A DNA stretch of 64,000 nt from positions 96,001 to 160,000 of the forward strand of contig JBALDB010000002.1 in assembly GCA_036918135.1 (NCBI GenBank), in the 5' to 3' direction. This document shows positions 50,019-60,539 of the stretch, in pieces (position 1 is the first letter of the stretch; every line of letters starts with the position of its first letter). This stretch comes from Nostoc sp. (GTDB lineage: Bacteria; Cyanobacteriota; Cyanobacteriia; Cyanobacteriales; Nostocaceae). The notes under the pieces are model-generated. The model worked only from the letters and a program-made list of their open reading frames with translations, was not told the origin of the DNA and did not search any database. Both the position numbers and the translations under genes were made by a program.

Positions 50019-50939
50019 TTACCTTGATACCAATTGATTAAGTGGAGCAACTCCAGCTAAATCTAAAATTGGTGCAATTAAATCTTCCCGCTTCACCGCC
50101 ATCATGTGGACACCTTGACACAATTGCTGTGCTATCTGTACTTGTTCGGCGGCAATTTTCATACCTTCTTCAAGAGGGTTTTTAGCTTTTGCTAATCTAT
50201 CAATAATATGTTGGGGAATATTTACACCCGGAACACACTTATTAATAAACTGAGCATTTTTTGCCGATTTTAACAGAAAAATTCCTGCCAAAATCGGTTT
50301 TTTATAGCCAGCGGCAATTGTGTCCATAAATTTTTCTAGCCGCTCAAAATCGGTAATCAACTGACTTTGAAAAAATTGGGCTCCAGCTTCGATTTTGCGT
50401 TCAAATCGACTTTGTAAACCCGACCAACTCTTACATTGCGGATCCACTGCTGCACCAGCAAATAAATCTAGCGCCCCATCAGTTAGGGGTTTTTCGTTGC
50501 AATCAACGCCTTGATTCATTTTGCGGATTAGTTGCAGGAGTCGCACAGCTTCCAAGTCAAAAACAGCTTTGGCTTCAACATGATCGCCTGCTTTTACTGG
50601 GTCGCCAGTTAGGGCTAATATATTGTGTATGCCCAAGGCATGAGCGCCCATTAAATCAGCTTGTAAACCGATGCGATTGCGATCGCGACAGGCAATTTGA
50701 CAAATCGGCTCTATGCCGTTCTGTAATAAAATCACCGACGCCATTAACGAAGACATTCGCAGCACAGCGCGGCTACCATCGGTAATATTGACGGCATGAA
50801 CCCTCCCCTTAAGGGTCGCCGCTATCTCGATCATATGCGCTGGATCTCCCCCCTTCGGAGGTGCTACCTCGGCGGTAAGCAAAAATTCACCTGCTTGCAC
50901 GGCTCTATGGAAGGCAGTAGGACTATGGGTACGATGCAT
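50019..50939 (-). CDS. metF: Methylenetetrahydrofolate reductase
   Basis: TAEVAPPKG, VNITD, CRDRNRIGLQ, LALTGD and KIEAGAQFFQSQ motifs. Confidence 0.9.
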   Translation of the reverse strand: MHRTHSPTAFHRAVQAGEFLLTAEVAPPKGGDPAHMIEIAATLKGRVHAVNITDGSRAVLRMSSLMASVILLQNGIEPICQIACRDRNRIGLQADLMGAHALGIHNILALTGDPVKAGDHVEAKAVFDLEAVRLLQLIRKMNQGVDCNEKPLTDGALDLFAGAAVDPQCKSWSGLQSRFERKIEAGAQFFQSQLITDFERLEKFMDTIAAGYKKPILAGIFLLKSAKNAQFINKCVPGVNIPQHIIDRLAKAKNPLEEGMKIAAEQVQIAQQLCQGVHMMAVKREDLIAPILDLAGVAPLNQLVSR

Positions 50940-50985
50940 ATCATTAGAAATCTCGATTTATTAAAGAACAAGTCAGAATTTAGAA

Positions 50986-51182
50986 GTAGAGACGCGATTA
51001 ATGAGCTAGCGCGTTGCGGTGCGGGGGTCGCAGTCTTGGTGGTTCCCGTCGATTGCGTTAGCGAGGAACGAGCTTCACCCCCGAACCCGAAGGGGGTTCG
51101 CACGCCACTTGCTTGGCTGTCGGCAAAGCTGCCCAACGCAGTGGCTCCCCGTTCGTTGTAGCGACTGGCGTCGCCTCTGTAC
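50986..51182. repeat. Nested stack of small dispersed repeats inside a REP-like palindrome
   Basis: gtagagacgcgattaat | GC-rich hairpin inserts | cgcctctgtac. Confidence 0.6.
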
Positions 51183-51267
51183 ACAATTTAATTGAAGAAT
51201 TTTGGCGACTGACTCCTGAATTCTATCTTGTTTAATGGTATAACCAATCACACTTAATAGGTAAAAC

Positions 51268-52278
51268 TCATAATGGTAGAGAATAGCCTAAAGCGATTTT
51301 TACTTGTGATAAAGTTTGATTGGCGATCGCCCTAGCTTTTTCGCCTCCATCCCGCAACACAGACTCTAAATAGCTTTTATCCGCCGTTATCGCTTGATAT
51401 TTTTCTTGAATTGGTTTGAGGGACTCAATTATTGTATCCGTCAATAATGGCTTGAATTGTCCCCAGCCCATATCCTGACACTCAACTGCTACATCTTCTT
51501 TTGTCTTACCAGAAAGCAATGTATACAAAGTTAACAAATTATTACACTCTGGACGCGCTGGATCGTCAAAAGTCAGACCACGAACCGGATCGGTTTTACA
51601 ACGCTTAATCTTGTATTGAATTTGCTCTGGCGGATCTAGCAAATTAATCCGGCTTAAGTCTGAAGGATCGGACTTCGACATTTTACGTGTACCGTCCGCC
51701 AAACTCATCACCCTTGCCCCTTCCTTGCGAATCAGAGGGTCTGGTAACTTCAGAACTGGCTGCTCTGGCTTGCCAAATTGGTGATTTAACCGAGCTGCAA
51801 TATCCCGTGTCAATTCCAAGTGTTGTTTTTGGTCTTCACCCACTGGCACTTTATCAGCTTGGTAGAGCAAAATGTCAGATGCCATTAACACTGGGTAATC
51901 CAACAAGCCTGCACTCACATTTTCTCCGTGTTTAAGCGCCTTTTCCTTAAACTGGATCATATCTTGCAGCCAGTTTAGGGGTGTAATACAGTTGAGCAAC
52001 CAGGTGAGTTCGCTGTGGGCTGAAACGTGGGATTGCACAAAAATCGTGGAGTGATTTAAATCAAGACCACAAGCTAGATACAAAGCAACAAGGGTGTAAG
52101 TATCAGCTGCCAACTGTGTCGGGTCATGTGGCACTGTAATTGCGTGCAAATCAGCCACAAACAGGTAATTTTCGTATTCGCTCTGACCTTCTACCCAGTT
52201 GCGAATGGCTCCCAAGTAGTTGCCTAGATGGTAATTGCCGGTTGGTTGAACTCCAGAAAGAACACGTTGCTTGCCCAT
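51268..52278 (-). CDS. trpS: Tryptophan--tRNA ligase
   Basis: SGVQPTG..HLGNYLG, YPVLMASDIL, VPVGEDQKQH and KMSKS motifs. Confidence 0.98.
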   Translation of the reverse strand: MGKQRVLSGVQPTGNYHLGNYLGAIRNWVEGQSEYENYLFVADLHAITVPHDPTQLAADTYTLVALYLACGLDLNHSTIFVQSHVSAHSELTWLLNCITPLNWLQDMIQFKEKALKHGENVSAGLLDYPVLMASDILLYQADKVPVGEDQKQHLELTRDIAARLNHQFGKPEQPVLKLPDPLIRKEGARVMSLADGTRKMSKSDPSDLSRINLLDPPEQIQYKIKRCKTDPVRGLTFDDPARPECNNLLTLYTLLSGKTKEDVAVECQDMGWGQFKPLLTDTIIESLKPIQEKYQAITADKSYLESVLRDGGEKARAIANQTLSQVKIALGYSLPL

Positions 52279-52671
52279 AAATTCTCAACTTAGTTATCTC
52301 AAATCTGCGTTAATCAAATAGCGTCTGATGACAATTCGCTTCTCTTGTTTATAAGAGGCTGCATCAACTCAAACGCGCTTGGTGCAAAACTCATTTAATT
52401 TTGACATTTTCCATGTCAACTCGCCGTTGCAGAATTACAGATTTACTCATGACAGCGGATTTGAACTAAATTTTAGTAGTTTGCAAAGTTTTTTCTACAA
52501 GCGCGTCTTACTTACGTATTTAAGAATCTGTATTGCTAGTAACTAACTACTTAGTAGTGGCATAAATTTTTCTTAAAAATCTGACTATACTGTTCTTAGA
52601 TAAAATTTTCAGTTGCGCTGGCTTTGCCTGTTAATAGATACTATTCTCAACAAGCAGTTGAGACTATTATC

Positions 52672-53661
52672 ATGACTATTTATTTGACTGAGACAGACTT
52701 CAATGAATTATCTGATGATGTACAGCTTAATCACTATCAGGGGAAAGTAAAATTTTCTACCTGGTTTGGTCAAGGTAGCAGTCATTGGACTATGCTGCGC
52801 CATAACCTTGAGTTGGTAATTCAACAAAGCGAGTATTCACAAGCAGTAATTCTTGAGAGTGAACACGATGATTTGCCTTTTCTCACATCTAAATTTTTGC
52901 TCTCTGGTGGTATGAGAACCACTACACCAAATGTGCCTGGAGTCAACGATGATTACGAAGAAGTTGCAGGCTACAACTATTTATTTTACTTACCTGATAT
53001 TCGGGAGTTTGAGCATTTTTCTGCGAACCAACCCAAGCAATGTATCAGTATTTACTGGTATCCCGATCTACTTTCTAGTTTCCAGAGTAGCTTTAAAGAA
53101 TTACCAACTCTACTCCAGCAGTTGATTGAAAATACCACAACAGAACGGTTTCACCAACCATTAGGAGCCATCACACCTGCAATGCGGTTAGTACTTCAAC
53201 AAATATTGCAGTGTCCATTCCGAGAAACACTCAGACAAATGTATTTAGAAGCAAAGGTGTTGGAACTACTGACGCTTCAGATTGCTCAGTGGGGGGAAAA
53301 TAATCTTTTATTAGAGCGATCGCTATTTTTTCGTCCCGATGAAATTGAACGTTTACATCATGCTAAAGCCATTCTCAATCAAACCCTTCAGCATCCACCT
53401 TCTTTACTAAATCTAGCCAGACAAATTGGACTCAATGACTTTAAACTCAAACGGGGATTTCGAGAAATTTTTGGCACTACAGTATGTGGGTATGTGCAAT
53501 CCTTACGGCTAGAACAAGCACAACAGTTACTCATCGGCACTAATCTAACGATTGCAGAAATTGCTGCTCAAGTGGGGTATGAAAGCACAAGTCATTTTTG
53601 CTACTTGTTTAAGCGGCAATTTAGCATAACTCCTAGAGACTATCGTCGGCACAAACGTTGA
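52672..53661 (+). CDS. AraC family regulator (PchR-like)
   Basis: YLEAKVLELL, PPSL..LARQIGLNDFKLKRGFREIFGTTV and IA..VGY...SHF...FKRQF motifs. Confidence 0.93.
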   Translation: MTIYLTETDFNELSDDVQLNHYQGKVKFSTWFGQGSSHWTMLRHNLELVIQQSEYSQAVILESEHDDLPFLTSKFLLSGGMRTTTPNVPGVNDDYEEVAGYNYLFYLPDIREFEHFSANQPKQCISIYWYPDLLSSFQSSFKELPTLLQQLIENTTTERFHQPLGAITPAMRLVLQQILQCPFRETLRQMYLEAKVLELLTLQIAQWGENNLLLERSLFFRPDEIERLHHAKAILNQTLQHPPSLLNLARQIGLNDFKLKRGFREIFGTTVCGYVQSLRLEQAQQLLIGTNLTIAEIAAQVGYESTSHFCYLFKRQFSITPRDYRRHKR

Positions 53662-53823
53662 TAGTAAAAGGTAAATCCCGATTCCGATAAAAAAAATCCG
53701 GTTTCAGATATATGCGATCGCCTAATTTTTCGTATTCTCCTGAATAGAGTTAATTAAGAGCAACTTGCAACTAGCAAGCTCTGTTCTTATAAATCCGGTT
53801 GGGTGTGTGGAGTTATGAAACTG
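53552..53823 (+). repeat. Copy 1 of a ~270-bp duplication (AraC 3' end + receptor promoter)
   Basis: Aligns closely with 57622-57891. Confidence 0.9.
53676..53709 (+). promoter_or_regulatory. Putative AraC binding direct repeat TCCCGATTCCGAT / TCCGGTTTCAGAT
   Basis: Two 13-bp half-sites about two helical turns apart upstream of the receptor; conserved in copy 2. Confidence 0.55.
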
Positions 53824-56412
53824 TTGCGTAGGCGTAGCCTGTCGAAGACATCACTGTTTATTTCCTGTTTTTTTGTTGCTGTTGTCATACAACCAATTCA
53901 GGCGAAGGAAGTAACTGAAATTCAAAGTGTACAAGAATTAGACCGTTCTGCAAGAACAGTCAAAGAATGGTTTGCTCAGATACAACAGCAGAACCCGCCA
54001 GATCAAAGTCAGGAAGTTGAAGTTGTACAAGTGACTTCAGTCAAAGCAAATCCCACATCTAAGGGTGTGGAGATAATTTTACAAACATCAAAAGGCGAAC
54101 AGTTACAAGTAGTTAATCAAAGTTCTGGCAATAATTTTATTGCCGACATTCCTAATGCTCAACTACGTTTACCTAGTGGTGATGCATTCACATTTCGTTC
54201 TACTAAACCAATTGCAGGGGTTAGTGAAATAACGGTAACAAACTTTAATGCCAATTCTATCCGGGTAAGCGTGACAGGTGAGGCGAGTGTACCAACTGTT
54301 GAGTTGTTTGACAGTCCAGATGAGGGTATTATCTTCTCTGTTGCAACTGCCGCATCTTCTGTGCAACCACAGCAGCCAGAAAGTCAAACACAGCCAAGTC
54401 AACCATCGACAGAAAGTAATGAACCGATTGAACTTGTGGTAACTGGTGAACGAGATGAAGGCTATAACCCCTCACGAACGAGCGTCGGAACGCGTACCGA
54501 TACGCCCTTGCGAGATATTCCTCAGACCATTCAAATTATACCGCAACAGGTCATTAAAGATCGTAATGTTACTCGGTTGCGAGATGTGTTAAATAACGTT
54601 AGCGGTGTTGCACTGAATAATGGAGACTATGGTGGGGAAGGGTTTGGCTTTGGTGACTATTCAATTCGGGGCTTTTCGGCACAAGTCACACGCGATGGTG
54701 GCTTAGGCTCACCGACAGATATTTCTAATGTTGAACAGGTTGAAGTGTTGCGCGGGCCAGCATCTGTATTATTCGGCGCAGGCGAACCCGGAGGTATTAT
54801 TAACGTTACTACTAAACAACCACTATCAGAACCATTCTACGAATTTGGCTTCAATGCTGGTAGCTATGATTACTATCGGGGAACGGCCGATCTTTCTGGC
54901 CCACTCAATTTGGAGCGCAGCCTACGCTATCGCCTGAACATTGCGCTTCAGGATTCTGATAGTTTTCGAGATTTTGTAGGGACAAAGCGATTCTTTCTTG
55001 CACCTACCATCGCTTGGGATGTCAGCGATGATACAAAGCTGACCCTAAACTTTGAATACCTTAATCAAGAAACAGCATTTGATGCCGGAGTCCCAGCGTT
55101 GAGTGATGGCTCCTTTGTGCTACCGATTAATCGCTATTTTGGCTATCCTAGTGCGAATGATATTCACACCACCCAAATACAAGGAGGCTACACCTTTGAA
55201 CATCGGTTTAATAAAAATCTTCAGCTGCGTAATTCGCTATCTATCAGCTCGCAACATATAAAGTTGATAGACAGTGAATATGGCACTTTGTCTGATGACC
55301 GATTTATTACAGGCACGTATGTCGATGATAGGCCTATATATGAATCCTATACAGTGCAAACGGGGCTAATAGCAAATTTTAATACTGGTTCAGTAGCCCA
55401 TCAAGTGCTGTTCGGTTTTGATGTAAACCACGGAGCTAGTTACCTTTCCCCTCTGACTGCACCCTTACCGCCGCTGGATATTTTTAACCCGAACTACAAT
55501 ATCGAATTACCCACTGAGACTTCCCCTACTAAACTCCTTGAGTTCACTCAATCCTATGGAGTTTACCTGCAAGATCAGATAAAGTTGCTAGATAACCTCA
55601 TCCTGGTGGCTGGTGGACAATTTAATTGGGTGAGCAGCACATCGAGGGACATTATAGCAGATACTTTTGATAGCAATTACGGTGAAGCATTTAGTCCGCG
55701 CCTTGGCATCGTCTATCGACCAATCGAGCCTCTTTCACTTTATGCCAGCTACAGCCGTTCTTTTGTGCCTAACTCTGGTCGTTCTCGAACGAATTCAGCT
55801 TTTGCTCCGACACGTGGTACTCAGTATGAAGTGGGCATCAAGAGCGATTTTCTGAATGGGAAACTCTCAGCACTTTTAGCTGCTTACGAAATCACAAAAT
55901 CCAACGTTTTGACGGCCGATCTCAACGAACCCGATCCTGGTAAGTATTCAATTCAGGTTGGAGAACAGCGCAGTCGCGGCATTGACTTGAGCGTGACTGG
56001 TGAAATCTTGCCTGGTTGGAATGTGACAGCAGGGTATTCTTACATTGATGCTCGGATTACTAAAGATAATACGTATGAGGTGGGCAGTCGGTTGAGAATT
56101 ACACCAACTAATTCTGCTTCTTTGTGGACAACCTATAGGATTCAAAGCGGCGATTTGCAAGGTTTGGGCTTTGGGTTTGGCACATACTTTGTTAGCGATC
56201 GCCTCGGCGATCAATTCGATCCGCCCAACTTCAAGCTACCCGCTTACACGCGATTCGATGCGGCTCTGTTCTATCGACGCAATAACTGGGAGGTAGCAAT
56301 TAATGCTGAGAACTTGTTTGATGTGGAATACTATACAAATTCGCGTTATTCTTATGCAAATTCTCCAGGTGCGCCTTTTACGATTATCGGGTCACTAACC
56401 GTGCGGTTTTAA
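53815..56412 (+). CDS. TonB-dependent siderophore receptor with AMIN domain
   Basis: VTSVKANPT AMIN domain, ELVVTG TonB box, DTPLRDIPQ, VEVLRGPASVL, C-terminal F. Confidence 0.95.
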   Translation: MKLLRRRSLSKTSLFISCFFVAVVIQPIQAKEVTEIQSVQELDRSARTVKEWFAQIQQQNPPDQSQEVEVVQVTSVKANPTSKGVEIILQTSKGEQLQVVNQSSGNNFIADIPNAQLRLPSGDAFTFRSTKPIAGVSEITVTNFNANSIRVSVTGEASVPTVELFDSPDEGIIFSVATAASSVQPQQPESQTQPSQPSTESNEPIELVVTGERDEGYNPSRTSVGTRTDTPLRDIPQTIQIIPQQVIKDRNVTRLRDVLNNVSGVALNNGDYGGEGFGFGDYSIRGFSAQVTRDGGLGSPTDISNVEQVEVLRGPASVLFGAGEPGGIINVTTKQPLSEPFYEFGFNAGSYDYYRGTADLSGPLNLERSLRYRLNIALQDSDSFRDFVGTKRFFLAPTIAWDVSDDTKLTLNFEYLNQETAFDAGVPALSDGSFVLPINRYFGYPSANDIHTTQIQGGYTFEHRFNKNLQLRNSLSISSQHIKLIDSEYGTLSDDRFITGTYVDDRPIYESYTVQTGLIANFNTGSVAHQVLFGFDVNHGASYLSPLTAPLPPLDIFNPNYNIELPTETSPTKLLEFTQSYGVYLQDQIKLLDNLILVAGGQFNWVSSTSRDIIADTFDSNYGEAFSPRLGIVYRPIEPLSLYASYSRSFVPNSGRSRTNSAFAPTRGTQYEVGIKSDFLNGKLSALLAAYEITKSNVLTADLNEPDPGKYSIQVGEQRSRGIDLSVTGEILPGWNVTAGYSYIDARITKDNTYEVGSRLRITPTNSASLWTTYRIQSGDLQGLGFGFGTYFVSDRLGDQFDPPNFKLPAYTRFDAALFYRRNNWEVAINAENLFDVEYYTNSRYSYANSPGAPFTIIGSLTVRF

Positions 56413-56461
56413 TTGAGAAAACTAATCTCGTATTTTGACATTATGCACAGGAGCATCTACC

Positions 56462-57580
56462 TTGAATTCTAAAAAAGTACGCAACTTGATATTCACCCTA
56501 CATCGTTACTTGGGTCTAACGCTAGGATTGATTGCAATCATCATCGGCTTGACGGGTAGTTTATTGGTTTTTCATACAGAAATTGACAGCTTCGATCAAT
56601 CTCATCAAAGTGGTACTATCATCCCTCAAAGGGAACAACTACCAATCGAAGTTGTCCTTAATACTGTCAAAAAACCCTACGCCAACCAACCAGATACAAC
56701 TATTCAACGGTATTACCCACCCCCAAAGCCAGATCGGTCGATAAAGGTTATCCTCAAAACAAAAAAAATTGACTGGCTACCAATCTACGTTAACCCCTAT
56801 ACAGGGGTAATTCTCAACCCTAACTCCAAGCCAAGCTCAATCCAAAAGATATTTTTTGACATTATCTATCCACTCCATTACAACCTTTTAAGTGGTGACA
56901 TTGGTCTTAAGTTTGTGGGCGTTGTAGGATTACTGTTCACAATCTTGAGTATTACAGGTATTATCTTATGGCCTGGTTGGCGCAAGTTGATTGCTGGCTT
57001 CAAAATTAAATGGAACGCTCATCCTAAACGAGTAAATTTTGATATTCACAAAGTTGCTGGTGCGATCGCAGCCACATTTCTAGTCTTTACCTTTTTCACA
57101 GGCTTTTGCTGGAATTTTTCTGAATTTGTCAACCCGATAATCTACGCTATCACCTTCTCCAAACCTCAACCAAATTTGGTTTCTGTACCTATTTCCGGTC
57201 AGCCTCCACTTAGATTACAAGACCAGTTAAAAATCGCTCAAGCTGCTTTGCCCAATGCATCACTTAATATAATTGGCTTTCCAAGTGAACCAGAAGAGAC
57301 TTTTTGGTTTAACTTTAATCTTGGTGATGTTTTTCTTGACCAGTATAGCGGCAAGGTTTTACAAGTATCTACGATCGCAACTGCATCATTAGGCGATCGC
57401 GTCCTCAATTCCTTTAACGATTTGCACTATGGCACTTTCTGGGGATTACCATCTCGTATTTTCTACGTCTTTGTCGGACTAGCACCGTTAATTTTATTTT
57501 TCACTGGCTTTGTGATGTGGCGATACCGCTATCGGGCAAAACCGACTAGAAAAAATAGCATTTATACAACTTCAATTTAA
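56462..57580 (+). CDS. PepSY-associated TM helix protein (siderophore iron reductase-like)
   Basis: LHRYLGL..G......GLTGS, LHY, TGI.LW, DIHKV.G, LHYG and TGFVMW motifs. Confidence 0.9.
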   Translation: MNSKKVRNLIFTLHRYLGLTLGLIAIIIGLTGSLLVFHTEIDSFDQSHQSGTIIPQREQLPIEVVLNTVKKPYANQPDTTIQRYYPPPKPDRSIKVILKTKKIDWLPIYVNPYTGVILNPNSKPSSIQKIFFDIIYPLHYNLLSGDIGLKFVGVVGLLFTILSITGIILWPGWRKLIAGFKIKWNAHPKRVNFDIHKVAGAIAATFLVFTFFTGFCWNFSEFVNPIIYAITFSKPQPNLVSVPISGQPPLRLQDQLKIAQAALPNASLNIIGFPSEPEETFWFNFNLGDVFLDQYSGKVLQVSTIATASLGDRVLNSFNDLHYGTFWGLPSRIFYVFVGLAPLILFFTGFVMWRYRYRAKPTRKNSIYTTSI

Positions 57581-57621
57581 AGCTTTAATTTTTTTATTTT
57601 GGAAATACCCTTACTCTACTT

Positions 57622-57891
57622 TTGTAGAAATTGCTTCTCAAGAGGGGTATGAAAACACAAGTCATTTTGGCTACCTGTTTAAACAGCAATTGGCATGACT
57701 CCTAGAGACTATCATCGGCGCAAAGGCTGATAGCAAAAGGTAGATCCCGATTCCGATAAAAAAATCCGGTTTCAGATATATGCGATCGCCCAATTTTTCG
57801 TATTCTCCTGAATAGAGTTAATTAAGAGTAACTTGCAAGTAGCAAGCTCTGTTTTTATAAATCCGGTTGGGTGTGTGGGGTTATGAAACTG
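57622..57891 (+). repeat. Copy 2 of the duplication; includes a 3' remnant of a second AraC gene
   Basis: EIASQEGYENTSHFGYLFKQQ/..TPRDYHRRKG* fragment plus the duplicated promoter. Confidence 0.88.
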
Positions 57892-60459
57892 TCGCGATCG
57901 CTTTTTATTTCCTGTTTTCTAATTGCTGTCATTGTCAAGCCTGGACAAGCAAAAGAAGTAACTAAAATTTCTCCTATTCAAGAGCCAAATCGTTTTGCCA
58001 GAACAGTAAAAGAATGGCTAGCTCAGATAGAACAACAACAAACGCCACAAACAGAAGTTGTACAAGTTACCTCAGTCAAGGCAAATCCCACCAATAAAGG
58101 TGTGGAGGTAATTTTACAAACCTTGAAAGGACAACAGTTGCAACCAGTCAATCGTAGTACTGGTAGCAATTTCATTACTGATATTCCTAATGCTCAATTG
58201 CGCCTACCATCGGGTGAAGCATTCACATTCCGCTCAGAAAAGCCAATAGCGGGTGTTAGTGAGATTACAGTTACTAACTTTGATGCCAATACTATCCGGG
58301 TGACAGCGATCGGTGAAGTGGGTATACCAACTGTCGAGTTATTTGACAGTCCAGACGAGGGTTTAATTTTTAGTGTGGTAACTGCTGCATCCACAGCACA
58401 ACAACCTCAAACCCAACCAACTCCCGAACAACAGCCGCCTGAAAATCAAACACAACCTCAACCATCAACACAAGGTGATGAACCAATTGAGTTGGTGGTG
58501 ACTGGCGAACAAGATGGATATCGCGTACCAGATGCAACAACTGCAACTAAAACTGATACACCTTTGCGCGACATTCCCCAATCGATTCAGGTGATTCCAC
58601 GACAAATAATTGAGGATCAAAAAACAACTCGATTGCGAGATGTTCTGCAAAATGTCAGTGGCGTAACACCAGGTGCAGGTTATCAAAACTCTTTTGATAG
58701 AGTGAGAATTCGGGGATTTAGCCAAGAAACAACTTTTCGAGATGGAATTCGTGACAACTTTCCATCTACAGACTTTGCAAATGTAGAACGGGTTGAGGTA
58801 CTCAAGGGGCCTGCTTCTGTGCTGTTCGGACAAACTGAACCAGGTGGAATTATCAATCTGGTGACGAAAAAACCTTTAAGTGACCCTTACTACAATCTCG
58901 ATTTGGATGTTGGAAATTATGCTTTCTATCGTTCAGCTTTGGATTTATCAGGGCCTCTGAATACAGACAAAACCTTACTGTATCGCCTCAATGCTGCCTA
59001 CGAGAATGCTGGTAGTTTCAGAGATTTTATTAGTTCCAAGAACATATTTGTTGCACCAGTCATCGCTTGGAAGCTTAGTGAAAATACTGATTTAAATCTG
59101 TTTTTTGAATACAATAATAGAGATTATAAACCCGATCGCGGAGTACTTGCAATTGGCGATCGCCCTGGTTCGGTTCCCATCAACCGATTTTTTGGCGAAC
59201 CCTCGATTAACGAAGGTACTACCACAAACTACAAGTTCGGATACAATCTCGAACACCGCTTCAGTCAAAATTGGCAACTGCGTCAGGCTTTTTCTACCAA
59301 TATCTACAAATTTGATGAAATCCGCGTTCAGATAGACGAACTGCAAGCAGATGGAAGCACAGCAACTAGAGATATCGCTAATTTTGGTGGAACCACCCAA
59401 GAAGACTACAGACTCCAGACAGATGTTATTGGTAACTTCAAAACAGGAACAATTTCTCACAAACTGCTGTTTGGCGTAGACCTGAACCGTTACACTGATG
59501 TTTCCAATGGCTTTACAAACGCGCCTTTTGCATCTATTAATGTTTTCAATCCTGTTTACTTTGTTCCGATTACCCGTCCCACTACTCCTTACGTAGTTCA
59601 AAATTTCACAGATACATTCGGCTTTTATCTGCAAGACCAGATAACTATTGCTGACAACCTCAAGCTACTGCTAGGCGGTCGTTTTGATACGGTGAATATT
59701 TTACAGAAGGATTTAGCAGCTCAAAGTTCAACCAACGACAATAATTCTGCTTTTACCCCGCGTGTTGGCATTGTCTATCAACCCACCCCTCCTGTTTCTC
59801 TGTATGCCAGCTATGCAGAGTCCTTTGTACCACAGTATGGACGGTCTAGGGACAATTCAGTTTTTGTTCCCGAACGCAGCAAACAGTACGAGGTAGGCAT
59901 TAAAGCAGAGTTGTTTGATAGCAGACTTGCAGCAACATTGGCAGCTTACCACCTAACAAAATCCAACGTTTTAACTACCGATCCCATCGATTCTAATTAT
60001 TCGATTCAGGTGGGAGAACAAACTAGCAAGGGGATTGAACTTGATATTGTTGGGCAAATAACCCCAGGTTGGAATGTGATTGCTACCTATGGTTATACAG
60101 ATGCCAGAGTTACCCGCGATAATGACTTACCTGTAGGCAGTCGCCTGCAAAACGTGGCAGAAAATACTGCCAGTTTATGGACAACTTACGAACTTCAACA
60201 AGGTAATTTCAAAGGGTTAGGCTTTGGTTTAGGTCTTTATTATGTAGGCGATCGCCCCGGAGAAATTGACGAATCCCTTACCTTACCAAGTTATTTTCGC
60301 ACAGATGCAGCGCTGTTTTATAAGCAAGATAACTGGAGGGTTGGTCTCAATTTCAAAAATCTTTTCGACATTAACTATTATGTGGAAACCCAAGGACGCG
60401 AAGTTGTTTACCCAGGTGCGCCGTTTACAGTGATTGGCTCTGTTTCTTTCACGTTCTAA
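57883..60459 (+). CDS. TonB-dependent siderophore receptor with AMIN domain
   Basis: Same architecture as 53815; ends GAPFTVIGSVSFTF. Confidence 0.95.
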   Translation: MKLSRSLFISCFLIAVIVKPGQAKEVTKISPIQEPNRFARTVKEWLAQIEQQQTPQTEVVQVTSVKANPTNKGVEVILQTLKGQQLQPVNRSTGSNFITDIPNAQLRLPSGEAFTFRSEKPIAGVSEITVTNFDANTIRVTAIGEVGIPTVELFDSPDEGLIFSVVTAASTAQQPQTQPTPEQQPPENQTQPQPSTQGDEPIELVVTGEQDGYRVPDATTATKTDTPLRDIPQSIQVIPRQIIEDQKTTRLRDVLQNVSGVTPGAGYQNSFDRVRIRGFSQETTFRDGIRDNFPSTDFANVERVEVLKGPASVLFGQTEPGGIINLVTKKPLSDPYYNLDLDVGNYAFYRSALDLSGPLNTDKTLLYRLNAAYENAGSFRDFISSKNIFVAPVIAWKLSENTDLNLFFEYNNRDYKPDRGVLAIGDRPGSVPINRFFGEPSINEGTTTNYKFGYNLEHRFSQNWQLRQAFSTNIYKFDEIRVQIDELQADGSTATRDIANFGGTTQEDYRLQTDVIGNFKTGTISHKLLFGVDLNRYTDVSNGFTNAPFASINVFNPVYFVPITRPTTPYVVQNFTDTFGFYLQDQITIADNLKLLLGGRFDTVNILQKDLAAQSSTNDNNSAFTPRVGIVYQPTPPVSLYASYAESFVPQYGRSRDNSVFVPERSKQYEVGIKAELFDSRLAATLAAYHLTKSNVLTTDPIDSNYSIQVGEQTSKGIELDIVGQITPGWNVIATYGYTDARVTRDNDLPVGSRLQNVAENTASLWTTYELQQGNFKGLGFGLGLYYVGDRPGEIDESLTLPSYFRTDAALFYKQDNWRVGLNFKNLFDINYYVETQGREVVYPGAPFTVIGSVSFTF

Positions 60460-60539
60460 GCTCAATAAGCATCGGCATCAAAGCAACGCATGGAGTGAGT
60501 TTTTTTGTTATCTGGAATACTACGGTGTGTGGAGAGAAA

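Noticed and set aside
50796..51184. Two overlapping ORFs of 121 and 106 aa
   Set aside because: They arise from the GC-rich nested repeat stack
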